From the NCBI RefSeq assembly GCF_052425735.1, contig NC_135770.1:22196001-22260000 (forward strand): a stretch of DNA of 64,000 nucleotides. Reading direction: 5' to 3'. Both the position numbers and the translations under genes were made by a program. The DNA comes from Oculina patagonica (Eukaryota). This document shows positions 27,960 through 40,472 of the stretch, in pieces. Each line of letters opens with the position of its first letter. Within the stretch, counting starts at the first letter, position 1. The notes beneath the pieces are model-generated. The model was given only the letters and a program-made list of their open reading frames with translations, made no database searches and was not told the DNA's origin.

Positions 27960-28739
27960 TATGAAGTAGAGCGAAACGTGGAACCTGAATCTGGGATTAA
28001 CTTTGGTCATGTTAACTGTTTAACATGTACCAAATTCGTGTGACTTCCATGTGATATGCAAACCCAAGTGGACCGACTAGTGAAATGAAACAACTCTGCA
28101 ACGTGTTATGCTGCACCACAGATGTCTGACTGACTACCATAAGAAAAACAATTTCTCGAAATGTAAATTCTCCATACTGATTCCCATACGTCTGTTATAA
28201 TGTTAGTTCGGAGAATTTCGTAGTACATCAAGAAAATAGTTCCTTGATTATAATTCTCGTTCTATTCACTAGCTGTCTAACAATGCAGTGGGAAACTTAA
28301 GTTTTAGATGAAGGGCTCTCAAACAGTCGTACGGTCATCTCTTATAAATATTCTGTAAGACAAAATACCTTACATACCCGAAAAGCCTTCTATGACTATC
28401 CAATCAAAAGGCAGCCCGACCGCTCTCCGGAAGTTGTCTACTCGCCAGCCGCATGCGCATAGAGGTTACACCACGACAGCGCTGACGTGGCGTCAGGCAA
28501 TATTCAGTGACTTGTTGACTCCGCGTCTTGTTATGAATCTCGTTAAAGAGCATTATTATTGGTCATCATTACACTTGGGTTCTGCTCAATTATATATAAG
28601 ATTAACCATTCGTTCTCTAAATTGGCACGCTTACATGTGCCAGTCCACAATATGTTTGCCTCTTTCAGCAACAAATTTAAAATTTTAGTTCGTTTTACAT
28701 GCATTATTTGTTATCTGCAACATGTTTTATTTTTAGACA

Positions 28740-30550
28740 ATGCCATCCACCGTTCCGTATCTGATAAACAGTCAAAACAAAAAAGTTTGAATAAACATTT
28801 TTGTGAAACATAAAACCGTTTATACTTTTACCCTTCCAGTAGAAATTTCCATTATGGAAGAATCACGGATTGTGGAGTTCAAGCAGCGCTTTTTGTCGTG
28901 AGGTATTACCAGCAATGCACAACTGCTCAAAATGAATTGATCAAAGTGCAAGGAACTAGCAAAGGATTGAACTGTTCCGGCCATGTTTTGTGTAGACTCA
29001 CTGGCTTCTTACGCACTGGAAAGACCGCTCAAAAATTGTAGCAAAATCTTCGAATAAAATGCTGAAGAAGACATCGCAGGTAGAGTAGAAAACATTCTAA
29101 TCAAACATGGCATCAGTGAATGTTTAAGCTATTTGTAAGTCGTTTGTTAGGCAGTGTTTTACAAAAGATTCTCTATCCAGCAACTGTAATTCTCTTTGTT
29201 CACAGGGAAAAAATGCGAAACTATTTCTACGATAAACGGGAATTCTAGCTTGATTTAAACGTTACGGGGCAAGTGTTATTTTAAACGAGAAATGCTCACA
29301 AGTAATAGCTAAAATTGATTCAATCTGCATTGTAAAAAGTCAAAACAAAAAAATTTGAATAAACATTTTTGCAAAACCCAAAATCGTTTAAACTTTCGCC
29401 TTTCTAGTAGCAATGACAATTATCGCGTAAGCACGGTTTGTCTGCTAAGTTCGCGCAGGGTTTTTGGTCACGAGTTTTTATTGCCAGGAGGGGTTGAATG
29501 GTTTCGCTGATCGACGGTTTTGGCCTCAAAAAGCGCACGGATTGTGGATTTTTGCGATACATTGAGCGGATTCAAGAATTTCGAAAATTACATGTGATCA
29601 CGGATTAGCTGAGACTTTTTGCCCGTATTCCACTTCTCTTCATGTCAGTGTGTTCGGATCGTGGATACTAAAAGAAGTTCAGATCACTGTTCGGTCTTCG
29701 TCGGTATGTTGGCGGAATCGTCGCAAAAACAAGCAATGAAACGCCTTCTAACACAAATTTGGCATAAATAATAACATCAGCTACTGTCCGTTGCAGTTAA
29801 ACAAGAGAAAATAGGTGAAACTATACCACACAAAGTTTTCAATTAATGTGGATTCGGATATTGACCGATTTCGCCAAAAATAGCACGCTCTCTATCAGTG
29901 ATGAACAACTTCTAAAAATGAATTGATCACAGTGCAGGGAATGCGCCGAGGGGTGAAATGTTCTGCCCATGTTTTGTGTGGACTGGCTGGCTTCTTATCA
30001 ACGGAAAAGACCTTGCAAAAAATTGCAGCGAAGTCTACGAATGAAACATGCTGAAGAAGACATGCATCGCAGGTAGGGCAAAACAAATTCTGATCACTGA
30101 ATGATTTTGCTGTTTGTTAGGCATTTATTAAGGAGGGGGGCAAAGGGTTTATGCGTGACGCGTGAAAAGGGCAAAAATTAGTCCGTGACGCGTGAAAATA
30201 GGGCAAAAATTAGACTGTGATGCGTGAAAAATAGTAAGAAAAGAAACGTGATCCGTGAATTCTGCTGTTTCAAGTATACGTGACACGTGAATTTGGTTAA
30301 AACTTGTGCGTGAAACGGGATCACAAACCCCCCTTTGGTACCCTCATTAAGCAGTCAGTATTTTACGAAAGTTTTTGTCTTTAGGCTCGATTCAAGCAAT
30401 CTTTTTCCGTCTTTCACACATACGGAAAAATGCAACTCTTTTTCTTACGATAAACGGGAATTTAAGCTTGACTTTATCGTTTACAGGCAAGTGTTTACAT
30501 ATGAAGCGCTTTCAAGTAGTAGATAAAATTAATTCAACTCGATTATATTG
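28740..30550. repeat. Locally duplicated non-coding blocks with small interspersed repeats
   Basis: 28770-28920 resembles 29340-29485; 28930-29330 resembles 29914-30540, the latter interrupted by a cgtga-rich insert at ~30125-30350. Confidence 0.55.
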
Positions 30551-31186
30551 CGCTTGACTGCATCTATTGGAATTTATTGAATGATCGGGAATAAAAACGC
30601 AACCGGTGATTGAATGAATGATACTCGACTGCCGAGTGCAAATTAACAGTAAATTAATTATCCACCAGAGTGCAAGTTTTTTTATAATATAGTGTATCAC
30701 AGTATTTTTTTTTTGCTGGCCGATTTGTATTTTCGGAACAGTTCTCCACACGAGTCAATGCGATGTTCAATTTGTGACGCCATATTTTTTGAGCGGAAAT
30801 AATGTACATGTATTTATGGCGAAGGATAATTTTGAACCCTAGTTTATTTTCAGGACAAAAGTATTCATTACATGGGTAAAAAAGACGACAAATTTAGGAA
30901 CTGATCAAGTACAAATTTATAAAGAGCTTTAGATCATGTCTAGTGCGCTTCATGTCAATTAATTCAAAATAACCAAGCGTGAAATAAACAAAATGTGGAG
31001 AAATGTGATTGGTTGAGAAGTGTGGCAGGAAAATGTATCTTGTTTAGTGACGGCATCATCTGGTGTAAATATGAAAAAAAAAAAAAAAATGCGAACACTT
31101 TACAGTAAATTACAACTGTTCAACCATCGGACTATTTTAGCAAGAAATTCGTCAAAAGATAACTCACTGACAATATCCGCTCGACT

Positions 31187-33106
31187 ATGAACGTTGGGTT
31201 TATTCTGCGACTATTCTGTGTGATCGCGATCCTAACTGTGGCTGTTGATGGTAACAACACTTCACCCGGGTCGACTCCATCTCCCGTCAAAAAGGGCGAC
31301 AACACAGTCATCGTCAACGTGAATCAAGATTCGCGAGAAATCAAGGAAGCCATCAAATCCCTTGAAACAACTCTGGAGAGAAAATTTTAGCAGCTGATGC
31401 GAGCAATAAACGGGACATCTCATGGTATACTGAAAATTGTGAACTTTTTTGCTTTATTTTATTCACTGCCTTCGCGCTTAACTTTTTTTGCATTTTATCT
31501 TGGGCAGGTTCGTCCTTTGAGTCGTGTAAAGACATTTACTTGAATCATCAGTAAGTTGTTAAGTTGCAACATTATTATCACGGACACTTAAGGAGTGAAT
31601 GGAAAAAAAAAGAATTTCTTTAGTCTTAAGATTAGGATTTTAAAGCATTGTTAAAGTGTCGAAAAACTTAAGCGAACAACGAAAAATCCGTATAACCGCA
31701 AGTTCTGACAAAAAAATCTCCATTTCGAATTCGTGAGCAATCCTTCTCTCTAACTGCCGCAGTTTGTTCGTTGTCACATTTTTATCATATCAACCGTTTT
31801 GAAAAATGAAGTTTGATAAATTTATTTTAGAAATCGAGCTCTTGAGAAAGCTCTAAAGATTAGTTTTCCTGTTCAGATAGTGTCTTACATGAGTCGACCA
31901 CCAAGAAATGTGGTGGAGACCACATCACACAGACGTGGTTTAATTTAGATTTTTTTTTTTATTCCTTAAAAAAGATAAATTAATTGAAGTTCTAGGTATA
32001 GCTTTCACGTTATTGCCTGTTTTTTTTTGTTAATCAGGTCGCAGGGGAACAGAGCTTATTTCCTCCAAATGAACTCTGGGAAGGTCCCTGTTTTCTGTCA
32101 TATGACGAGTCATGGCCTTGGAGCATGCGGTGGTGGTGGATGGACGCTGGTCATGAAAATTGACGGCGCTAAGGTAAAACATGACACTCTATAACCTAGA
32201 ACAATGTAATCTAAAACATTGTCAAACATTATGACGTATTCTTATGGCGTTATGTTTAAGTGACATCTTTCGGAGTATTGGCGCTGTGTTTTCTTTGGAG
32301 GCAGAAGGATTCGATCGAAACCTTTAGTTTCCCGTTTAGAGAATAATCAAAACTAGTGCTTGTTACATTGACTGTAAGTAAAGAAGCGTAAAGTCTTCCA
32401 AAACAATTTTTGTGACAAAATGTTTACTAAGGTAAAATAAGGTTTACAGTTTTTTTAAAAGTGCTAAGTAGTTTCTATGAAATCATCTTAACATCCCAAA
32501 CAATTTAAGAAAATCCTTTGATTGGGATGGAGTAACTCTCCCGGCGTTTTTATCACCTATCGCGATTATTGTTTTTATTCTCGATAGGCAACCTTTCGTT
32601 ACGATTCCCAACTCTGGAGCAACAAGGTCGACTTTAATCTCCCAGGAGGAAAGACTGGTTTTGACCACCATGAAGCAAAGTTACCGACCTACTGGAACAC
32701 ACCCTTCTCAAAGATTTGTCTTGGCATGAAGATCGGCCAACAGATCAACTTCATTGTCATCAACAAGCAGGCCAACTCTCTGTACTCACTGATCGCTGAT
32801 GGGCAACACCGCGCCACCTCACTGGGTCGTAACACGTGGAAGACGCTGATTGGTTCACAGGCCTCCTTGCAGCTCAACTGTAACAAGGAAGGTTTCAATG
32901 CTGTGAGCACTATAAGTGCCCATTCTAAAGCAAGAATCGGTATCCTTGGTAACAACGAAAATGAATGCAGAAGCTGTGATTCCAGAATCGGGTTTGGTAC
33001 AGGAGGGAATCCTGATGACTCCAACAAGTGTGGAAACGAGGCATGCTGCTTATCAGATAATGGAAACAAAAACATCAAAGCCATGGGATATATTTTGGTT
33101 CAGTGA
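31187..33106 (+). pseudogene. USOMP5-like paralog with one premature stop (TAG 31388-31390)
   Basis: Exons 31187-31424, 31508-31550, 32038-32173, 32588-33106, in phase; the TAG aligns to GAA/CAT codons in paralogs. Confidence 0.8.
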
Positions 33107-34104
33107 GAAGAACACTGACAACGTTTAAATTAGAAGCTGTCAGAAAATTTGTTGTCAGAAAATAATAATTTGCAAGAAGAAGAAGAAGAAGGACGAAACA
33201 GCTGTCTGCGGTTGCAATCCTGCTGTAACGGTTCTAGTCGCGGTGGTGTCTCGCAAAGTCAACTTTTCACGTAGTACGATCAGCCTTGCTTTCAGTTGTC
33301 TGTTATAGAAATATGCTGACTGATACATCTTAGTTTTATCTCGGTATTTGCTCTCAATAGATTTAAGAAACAGCGGTCAGTATAGAACAAATAAACATTG
33401 TTGTTGGGGATTATCAAGTGTCTGAAGTTTAGTTTAATGTTATACATGCATTCACTGCGCATAAGTTTTACCTTGCGAAAGAGTCTCCCAGGGGGAGGGA
33501 AGGTGGGGGTGATTCATATCCCCTTCATCCCTTGAAAATTTGCATTTGTCTTCTAGTTCGCCATTGAGAAATTTACTGGTTCCCTAAAGTGTTTTCCACG
33601 AAAGATCCCCGTTTTTTGTATCCCTTGTTTAGTCAAAATAATCTAATAACGTTATAGTTCCATTAAAATAATTCTACATTTTCCCTTATGTCCAAAACCC
33701 CTGAGTCCCCTCAATTATGGTGTGTCGTACTTTTGTGGGGCTACATCATTAGATCCAAAGTGGTTTTCCAACAGCTGTGTCCCCAGTTTAATTTCAAATT
33801 AGTTGAACTTTTTGTTGCGCTTGCCTGCTATCAAAGGTTATGTTTAGATACTTTGATTTCATTCCTCCTGGGAACGGGCGTTTAAGAAGATATTATCACT
33901 TGCAAGACTCAATGACTGATCACCCAGGTAACGAGAGAGAGTAAGCTGGACCACGATACCGAAAACTCCATGCCCAATTATTATCAAGCAAAATCATGAG
34001 TTCTTTTACTTCCCCTTTTGAAGGTGATTTCAAGAGGAAGGGCTAACGCCACTTCCAGTCTCAGCCCCTCTTCAGATCAACAGTCTCTACTTTAAAAGTC
34101 TCAA

Positions 34105-34158
<54 letters not shown>
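34105..34158. repeat. (AAT)n microsatellite, about 18 units
   Basis: Direct reading. Confidence 0.95.
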
Positions 34159-35796
34159 TTTTTTTTTTTTAATAAAAACTTTATTAACCAATTTCTAAAA
34201 GAATTACAATGATTTGACTATTCGAATAAGAACTTTATATATAAACATATTATTTACATAATAATAAAAACAGTGTCTTTAAAAATGTAGAAAAATAGTA
34301 AAAGCGACTTCGAGAGCAATAATAAAAGAAGAACTATATATTAAAAAAAAATATTCGATCTAAATTGCAGTACGAGAATTCTCTACTTGAAAGTCCATAT
34401 CATAAATGTCAATGTTCCTGTTTCTCTTTACAGTTCTTGATCCCCTTAGGCAGATTAAGGCGGATCGGAGGATCGCAAATGAGACTTTTGATCTGATCCA
34501 AGACACCGTTGTTGCGTAATCCTCCCCTTTCTTTGCGGCGATTAATTCTGCAAGCCTACTGTGATACCTCTTGCACTCCTCGCCCATTCCTCCGGTGGAT
34601 GTAAACACCAATGGAGTGAAAGTTCCCTGTTCTACTTGAAGAACCCTGTCTGCGTAAGCCCTCTTCTTCTCATTCTCATGGTTACGGTATATCTGCTTGG
34701 GGGTTTGGTCCTTGTAGGAATCCGCGTTGGGGTGACACACCCTCACATCAAAGAACGCGGATCTCTGCTTCTCCCAAAACCCCCGGGCATGTATATCTAG
34801 GCGAGCATCTGGCGTTGTGTTAGCGCCGCTTGGTAGCCTCTCTCCAGTCAGCTCTTGAAGGACGGGCTCTATTTCGACATCATTACAGACCATCTTAAGC
34901 AAGTCAGCCTCGAGGTCACGAAGTTCATTATGGCGCTGAATTATGAATCCGCCTCTCCTACAAATCATTGCATGTTCGATTGTAAAGGCGTCACCGCACA
35001 CGCACACTGTCGGCTTGTCGTCAATTTCCCAGTCGTACCTGAGCTTTACAGCATCTCGGAACTCGCCTTTATTCAGGTTGTAGCCCATGTCCTTTAATGG
35101 GAGGACCGTGAGCCAGTTAGAAGCACCTTTCTCGGTTGCGAGATCAATGGCTCGTTGTGTCTTCTGAGGTAGAGACTCCCTGACATTGCCAAGCCTAGTC
35201 TGAAGCGCTTCGTTGGTTTCTCTTCGCACGCACTGCTGTAGTGTCTTGACAGCAGTATCAGCCGGTGTTTCATGATCCTGTGCGATTATTTTCTCGACTA
35301 GGGGCGCTGTGATCTTGGTTGACACCTTGAATTGGGACGCTGCATCCTGGCTTGGATTAATAAGTCCAAGCCCCCCTAGCCGCACTGGAAGTGCCACTAG
35401 GTCCCTCTCTTCTTTTGTGCAGTGGTGATCAGTGATTGATGGTATTAGTACATCTGCAATAGCACGCTCCAGGGGCTCTAATAGATCTTCTATATCAGGA
35501 AGTGTTCTGAGAAAATATGTCCAGCGGTGGCGTAGTCCGAAGGTGAATGCCGCATAGCACGCCTGTGGGTTTGATGTGGCATACTCGGCTAGCTTTACCA
35601 CCTGGCTCACCCACTCCTCGACCTTTCCATCGACATACTCTTCGAGATAAGCTCGAGAGCCCAGAGCGGCGCCTAGATGTTTTTGTCCCTGCGTAGAGAT
35701 GTTTATCGCAGTCCCCTCGAAGATAGCTTTAGCATGGTCCTTCTTGTCGGGTTTCGTAATAAGCCAGCACTTTTTGGCGTTAGGGTAGTACCCCAA
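34158..35796 (-). mobile_element. Non-LTR retrotransposon with restriction-like endonuclease (CRE-clade-like), 3' part
   Basis: 478-aa open frame: RT end (KHLGAALG), [12 protein letters not shown]...H...C knuckle, RHN, RLD...FFDVRV...HENEKKRAY endonuclease; AATAAA and poly(A); 5' end lost in the gap. Confidence 0.85.
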
Positions 35797-35958
35797 NNNN
35801 NNNNNNNNNNNNNNNNNNNNNNNNNNNNNNNNNNNNNNNNNNNNNNNNNNNNNNNNNNNNNNNNNNNNNNNNNNNNNNNNNNNNNNNNNNNNNNNNNNNN
35901 NNNNNNNNNNNNNNNNNNNNNNNNNNNNNNNNNNNNNNNNNNNNNNNNNNNNNNNNNN
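35797..35958. other. Assembly gap (N run)
   Basis: Run of n. Confidence 1.
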
Positions 35959-36690
35959 TTTCAGACATTTTTACGGAGACGATATATCCCAGGCGCATTC
36001 CATTACACGCACAGTTTGCAGTCTGCCAAAGATAGCGCATAATGTAATGGTCTATCATTGAAGGGAGCGTCTTTTGCTAGGGCGCTCGTCACCAGGACCC
36101 CGTGACCTCCTCACGGTCTTCTCATTTCCACCTATAGACATTAGACTACCGAGTTCTGTCGATTCCTTTAGCGGCAGATTTTAATTAAAAAAGAGAAGAA
36201 AAAGAAAAGAACGGCCTGATAAAGTTTGCTAAAGTATTTATCTAATAAAATTACCAGATTCATTTGACAGGTTACGGATAAGAATATCTCAAACACCACT
36301 ACTAGTGGTTAAAATAATCACTCTGAGTTTTTCAGTGTATTTCTGGACCGGGTCTGATTCACGAGAATGGGAAAACAGAGAATCAGTAAATTAAAGTGAT
36401 TTATCGTGACGTACACATAGGCTAAGTTTGATAATTTAAGAGGCTTGGGGGTATAAAACAAAGGAGATGATTTATTCATCACTTGATTGTTGTATTTCCC
36501 AATGTAGTGAAGCGAAGTCAGAATTTAAATATATCGAAATTGGCCTACAGATTATGCCTTACCTCTTATTATGAATGGTAACCCTCGATTATTGCCTTAC
36601 TCCTTCTAAAGTTAAATATTTTATCCGGCCCGAGTTTACTGGGATGGTTTCTGTACTTTAAGTAACACGTCGAGACCAGATAAAATTCAT

Positions 36691-37346
36691 AATATCATAG
36701 GTGACAAATCACTCCTTAATTTTGGCGCGAAATTTCAACGTTAATTTATAATTTCACATGTGAAATTATAATATTGCCATGGCAACGTCGTTAGTGGCAA
36801 GATGGCGTCCGGAATAAAAGATGATTTAAAGCTTAAACTTTGTACATGTTCGTTTGAATTTTACCTTAGCCAGCTAGCCTTGGCCATGTAATAAAACTTT
36901 TGATGATATTTTATATTTCAAAACGTCAAAACGACTTACAATAAGCCAATTACATGAATGGCATCGAGCGGAATTTTTGAGCGTTTTACACGGGTGCCGT
37001 TTTCAGTTCATTCAAGGGGAACTAAAAAAAAAAAAAAAAAAAAAAAAAACCGACTTTTGAAGGGTAACACAATTACTGGTGTCCCAGTAGTTTTCATTGT
37101 GGCCCTGAATCCCTGATCGAATTGGAACTATGGTCATAATGTGAATAATAATTGACAGTTGATTCATCTTTGAAACTTTTTGTCAACAGCAAAAAGGAAT
37201 CTCTGAAAGGTTTTATTCAAAGACTAAAAAACTTGCAAACTTAAGCAAACTGTATGCTTTCAACTTTTCAAAGCTCAGAGATCGCAATGCAATGTACTAG
37301 TCAAAAACACCTACGATTGCAAGCGTGATTTGTCACCTATGATATT
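36691..37346. mobile_element. TIR element nested in a larger insertion (~36662-37480)
   Basis: aatatcataggtgacaaatcac / gtgatttgtcacctatgatatt; the whole insertion is missing from the paralogous block at ~45640-45660. Confidence 0.7.
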
Positions 37347-38893
37347 AAAATGTAATCAAATTACTCGTGGAAATTCATATTATTTCCCTCGTTGAAGGCT
37401 CGGGAAATTATTAGAATTTGGACAAAACGCGCGTGAAATAATTTCCTAATTTCACTCGTCACCATTTGATTACCCATACTAACAACTGAGGTTAATATAC
37501 TCCCTTCTGCCGAGACGGATATAAAACTAAATTTGAAATTCTACATTAATTTGAATGAAAAAAAAAAAAACCCTAGAATATTGCTTGAAACAAGACACAG
37601 AGGTTAGGAATTGAGATTCAACTCAATAATTTGTAATTTGTCCTAGGGAATGATAATGGACTAATGGAGCTATCCGTTAATTAATACACTACATACAAAT
37701 ATCATAAACAGGAAGGCATGACGATGTTAGTTTAATCCACCGTGTGTACATAAATATTCTCCTTACTGAATTTTCTTCTTTCCATAAGCTTCATTACAAA
37801 ACCTACCTAGTAGGAATTCAGTTAGACGTATCTTGATTTCTAAATAAAACACCGTAGTCATGATAGACATTGAAGAACAAATACAAATGCCAAATGAACG
37901 ATTCTCTTTTCGTCTGTGAAATTTATAATTTAGATCATAAAGAAAATGAGAGTATATGTTTACGAAGCCTGGTCATAACAGTGTCAATAATTCTTACGGA
38001 GCATTTTAAGCGCTTATGCAGAGCTCAACATCGCCGAGTAAATAAAAAATTCAAGAATAAGCAGCAACAGCAGACGTTCAGAATCCTCAGTGGTAAAGAA
38101 ATTAACAACTTGAAGCCAATTAAAGGGAAACGAAGCGAAGCAAATCCTCAACTGTCTGTACGATCCCTTTCCTAGTCATGATATTGTTTCACAGAGAGAT
38201 AGAGAAACCTTTACTTAATATCGATAGATAAAATTTACAGCTGAAAGCTTATTTGGTCGCTTATGTACGTGGTGTTTTACATTAAAAAATTACATTAAAA
38301 ATATAGTATTAAAATTTGCATCTAAAAGCTAACTACGTCTGAATATTACATACAAAATATAAGCTAATATACATCTAAAAATAAATAAAATCTTCGTTTT
38401 AAAAATTGTGGAAGGAATTGATATCGGATTAAAATTAAAATGTTTAACTCCTGTGTAATCTTCCAATTTTGATTGAATTGATTTGCAAGTTGCGCCGACA
38501 ATCGAGTAGTCGTTGGCTTACGTGTTGTTCCAGAGCGCTGGGCCTCTGTATACCATCGATAGATCAAGACCTTACGTTTTTTATAACAACCAAAATCCTC
38601 CTTGATGAAAATTTAATAAATAATCTTTTTCAAACCAAGTGTAAATTTTGGATCAGAAGAAACGTCGCTAATGTGTTCAATTCACTCCTCACTATAGAGG
38701 AGCACGACTAGCTAAAAAGTCGACCAAACTCTTTTTCGTAGTCCTTCATAAACATCTCCTTTGAAATGTCTACCAACTGCAATAATGTGCGAGACATTCT
38801 GTCCGTTAAATAATGATAAGAATCATGAAAGCTCTGAGTTGTTATTTCTGCGTTTTTAAGCAATTTGTCGAAAAATACAATAGGCTTAAGATA

Positions 38894-39127
38894 GTAAATA
38901 ATAAAGATGGTAAATTTCAAGCTCGGTGATAAATAGTGAAGAAATTATTCAACATGACACGAGCGTGGGACAAAGAAAAAATCTGAGTCCCCGACGGGAA
39001 TCGAACCCATGGCCTCCCAGATACCGGTTGGGCGCTCTAACCAACTGAGCTACGAGAGACTTGTTGTGAGCTGGGCCATTTACTAGGTTGATATGTGACA
39101 CGCGACCTGCATACTGCTAGGATCAGC
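38894..39127 (-). mobile_element. tRNA-derived SINE-like copy with TSD
   Basis: Same unit as 22246-22962; flanked by ata(g/a)gcttaagata; absent from the paralogous block at ~60540. Confidence 0.8.
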
Positions 39128-39559
39128 ATAAGCTTAAGATATTTTTGTTATTATATCTTTTGATTTTAAAAAAGCAATAATATACCAATATAGGCAGAGA
39201 TGGTTTTTGCAATAAATTTAAGGTGGATAAAACAAGAAACGTGACAAAATTTAGCCGTGTTTTTCCAAGATTCTCCCTCCTTCGACAAAGCTCCTTTAAA
39301 ATCCCATGGGAATAATTTTATCACCAGCCGAAGAATTGTTATGAGAATAGTGAGTGCCAGTCTTCAGGCGAAGTGGCCACGCTTTATTGACACTGGCGAC
39401 AGTTTAAGTGGTAAACGTATTCTGGAAAACGTAGAGTGCAGTATTTGCCTTTTATTGAATCTCTTTATACGTTAACACGTCTATCTGCAACTCATGCAGA
39501 TCATCTGAAAGACAATATTCCTTTGCATTAACAATTTTTTGTTTATATTTTAAAACCAC

Positions 39560-40427
39560 TTTTCCCGCAGAAAGTTTGGTTGTCAATTTTGTCACTTTAA
39601 AATAACACACTAAGAGAGGATAATGAACAAGGTATATAATGCTGAGACGTGTATCTATATCTAACCATTACATCGCGTGAAGATATATTATTCCACTCAA
39701 GTATTAAGCGATTGATCAATTGATTTATTGATGAATTGATTTAGTGGCAAATTCAGCTTTACCGAAGTGTTTGCTTTGTTAATACACTACAAATAAATAC
39801 CAAATAAACAAGAAGAGAAAATCACGACTCGTTAAAATTATTGTTATAATAAACGTTTCCCGCAGAAAGTTTGATAATCAATTTTGTCACTTTAAAATAA
39901 CACACTGAGAGAGACCAATAAGGAAGATATATACTGCTGAGACGTGTATCTATATCTAACCATAACATCGCGTGAAGATATATTTTTCTACTCAAGGATT
40001 AATCGATTTATTTATTGACGGATTGACTTAGTGGCAAATTCAGCTTTGCCGGAGTGTTAGCTTTGTTAATGCACTACAAATAAAATACCAAATAAACAAG
40101 AAGATAAAATCACGACTCGTTAAAATTATTGTTATAATAAACTTTTCCCGCAGAAAGTTTGATAGTCAATTTTGTCACTTTAAAATAACACACTGAGAGA
40201 GGCCAATAAGGAAGATATATAAAGCTGAGACGTGTATCTATATCTAACCATAACATGGCGTGAAGATATATTATTCCACTCAAGGATTAATCAATTGATT
40301 TATTGATGGATTGACTTAGTGGCAAATTCAGCTCTGCCGGAGTGTTTGCTTTGTTAATGGACTACAAATAAATACCAAATAAACAAAAAGATAAAATCAC
40401 GACTCGTTAAAGTTTTTCTTATAATGT
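39560..40427 (+). repeat. Three tandem ~290-bp copies immediately upstream of the start codon
   Basis: tttcccgcagaaagtttg recurs at ~39561, 39857 and 40144; single homologous unit at ~60938-61270. Confidence 0.85.
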
Positions 40428-40472
40428 TAAGTCTCCAATAGCGGGTACTTCGTAAAGACATTACTCAACAAG

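Noticed and set aside
31388-31390. Programmed readthrough or recoding of the in-frame TAG
   Set aside because: Paralogs have ordinary sense codons here; a point mutation is simpler
35677-36058. ORFs spanning the N run
   Set aside because: Artefacts of the assembly gap
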